Positions 63,203 through 64,000 of a stretch of 64,000 nucleotides of DNA are shown in pieces (position 1 is the stretch's first letter; every line of letters starts with the position of its first letter). A program made the translations under genes and the position numbers. Under the pieces are notes generated by a model. That model searched no databases. It saw only the letters and a list, made by a program, of their open reading frames with translations, and was not told where the DNA came from. Source of the DNA: Halocafeteria seosinensis (Eukaryota); NCBI GenBank assembly GCA_001687465.1, contig LVLI01000063.1:1-64000 (forward strand), written 5' to 3'.

Positions 63203-64000
63203 TATTATCTCCATCGCGGAACCAGGTTTTCGGTATATGCCTGTCAGTATTGAGTTTGAGGTACTCAAGTACATTGTGTGCATTGGTATTGCTCCTACCG
63301 GAAGACGTGTACAGTTGGACGGAAAAGTTGACCCAAAAATTCTTCGGAGGGTTCTTATTGTACCAGTCAATGGTATTTGCCTTGAAGCTGACAAAGGAAG
63401 TCGAACCCAATACAACTTTTGCTCCTGGGAAACCAGGGAAACTGTGCGAGCATACGGTATACGTTTCGAGTTGGTAGCAAACATGGACAATGGCTGCGCA
63501 ATTCCATATCAAGCAACGTTTCATGTGTTAAGTTGAACCGGAGCACATCGCGATCCAATACGAGAGGCGGGCAAACGAGTGGCTAGGAGAGCTCTCTCAG
63601 CTCCAAAATAGGTGTGTGCTCCGGGAGGTTCCTTTGGTAGCAAGTCCATAATACGACAGAGGTTGCTAATACTGATAAACCAAAAACATTGCCACGATAC
63701 ACCTTCGACGGCCATTAATTGACTTCATATTTGTTTATGTGACTTGTAATGCGCACTCAGAACACACCCTTTTCGGGGTTGTTTTCCTTTCTTGAGCTGC
63801 GTACAGGCCGCTACTTCCGGTAAGATCAACTCCAGAACTAGAAAGAGACAAATGACTACTTTTCTTAAGCTGTATCTGTGTATGAACTGGGTAGACACTT
63901 TATGAGTCCCGCTGGAGTGCCAGTGTGGTGGTGTGTGGGAGAAGGTATTGACCCTTATTGGCAAGTAAGTTATTGCTCTTCCAATTGGACCGCTACCATG

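Noticed and set aside
63177..63964. Several overlapping short ORFs on both strands at the window end
   Set aside because: No recognisable motif and no way to pick the coding frame from the sequence alone.

Overview
Gene-dense region of a compact eukaryotic (protist-like) nuclear genome with mostly short (about 60-90 nt) GT-AG introns and very short intergenic spacers. Recognisable housekeeping genes: two intronless bacterial-architecture MgtE Mg2+ transporters, TMEM161, DENND10/FAM45, cytochrome c (CXXCH completed by a 14-nt microexon), an E2 ubiquitin-conjugating enzyme, FAD D-lactate dehydrogenase, an RPRD1-like CID protein, an ankyrin/FN3 protein, CYFIP, an A20/AN1 zinc finger, PPCS, a KCBP-type kinesin-14, phytochelatin synthase, PrimPol, tandem SDRs, NT5C3, Maf, an LRR protein and bystin. 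Two accessory regions stand out. (1) About 7.8-14.8 kb carries an apparent complete SAMD9/Avs9-like antiviral STAND gene (tandem AlbA-like domains, SIR2-like region, degenerate P-loop, TPR, OB fold) broken by one frameshift and one nonsense codon, next to a more decayed probable paralog. (2) From 59.3 kb to the end there is a structured tRNA-like element between CA tracts, a 79-bp direct repeat and a GC-rich intronless ORF ending in a DUF3990 ADP-ribosyltransferase-like domain. Family calls come from motifs recognised by eye and recalled homolog sequences; no searches were run, and exon boundaries are manual.
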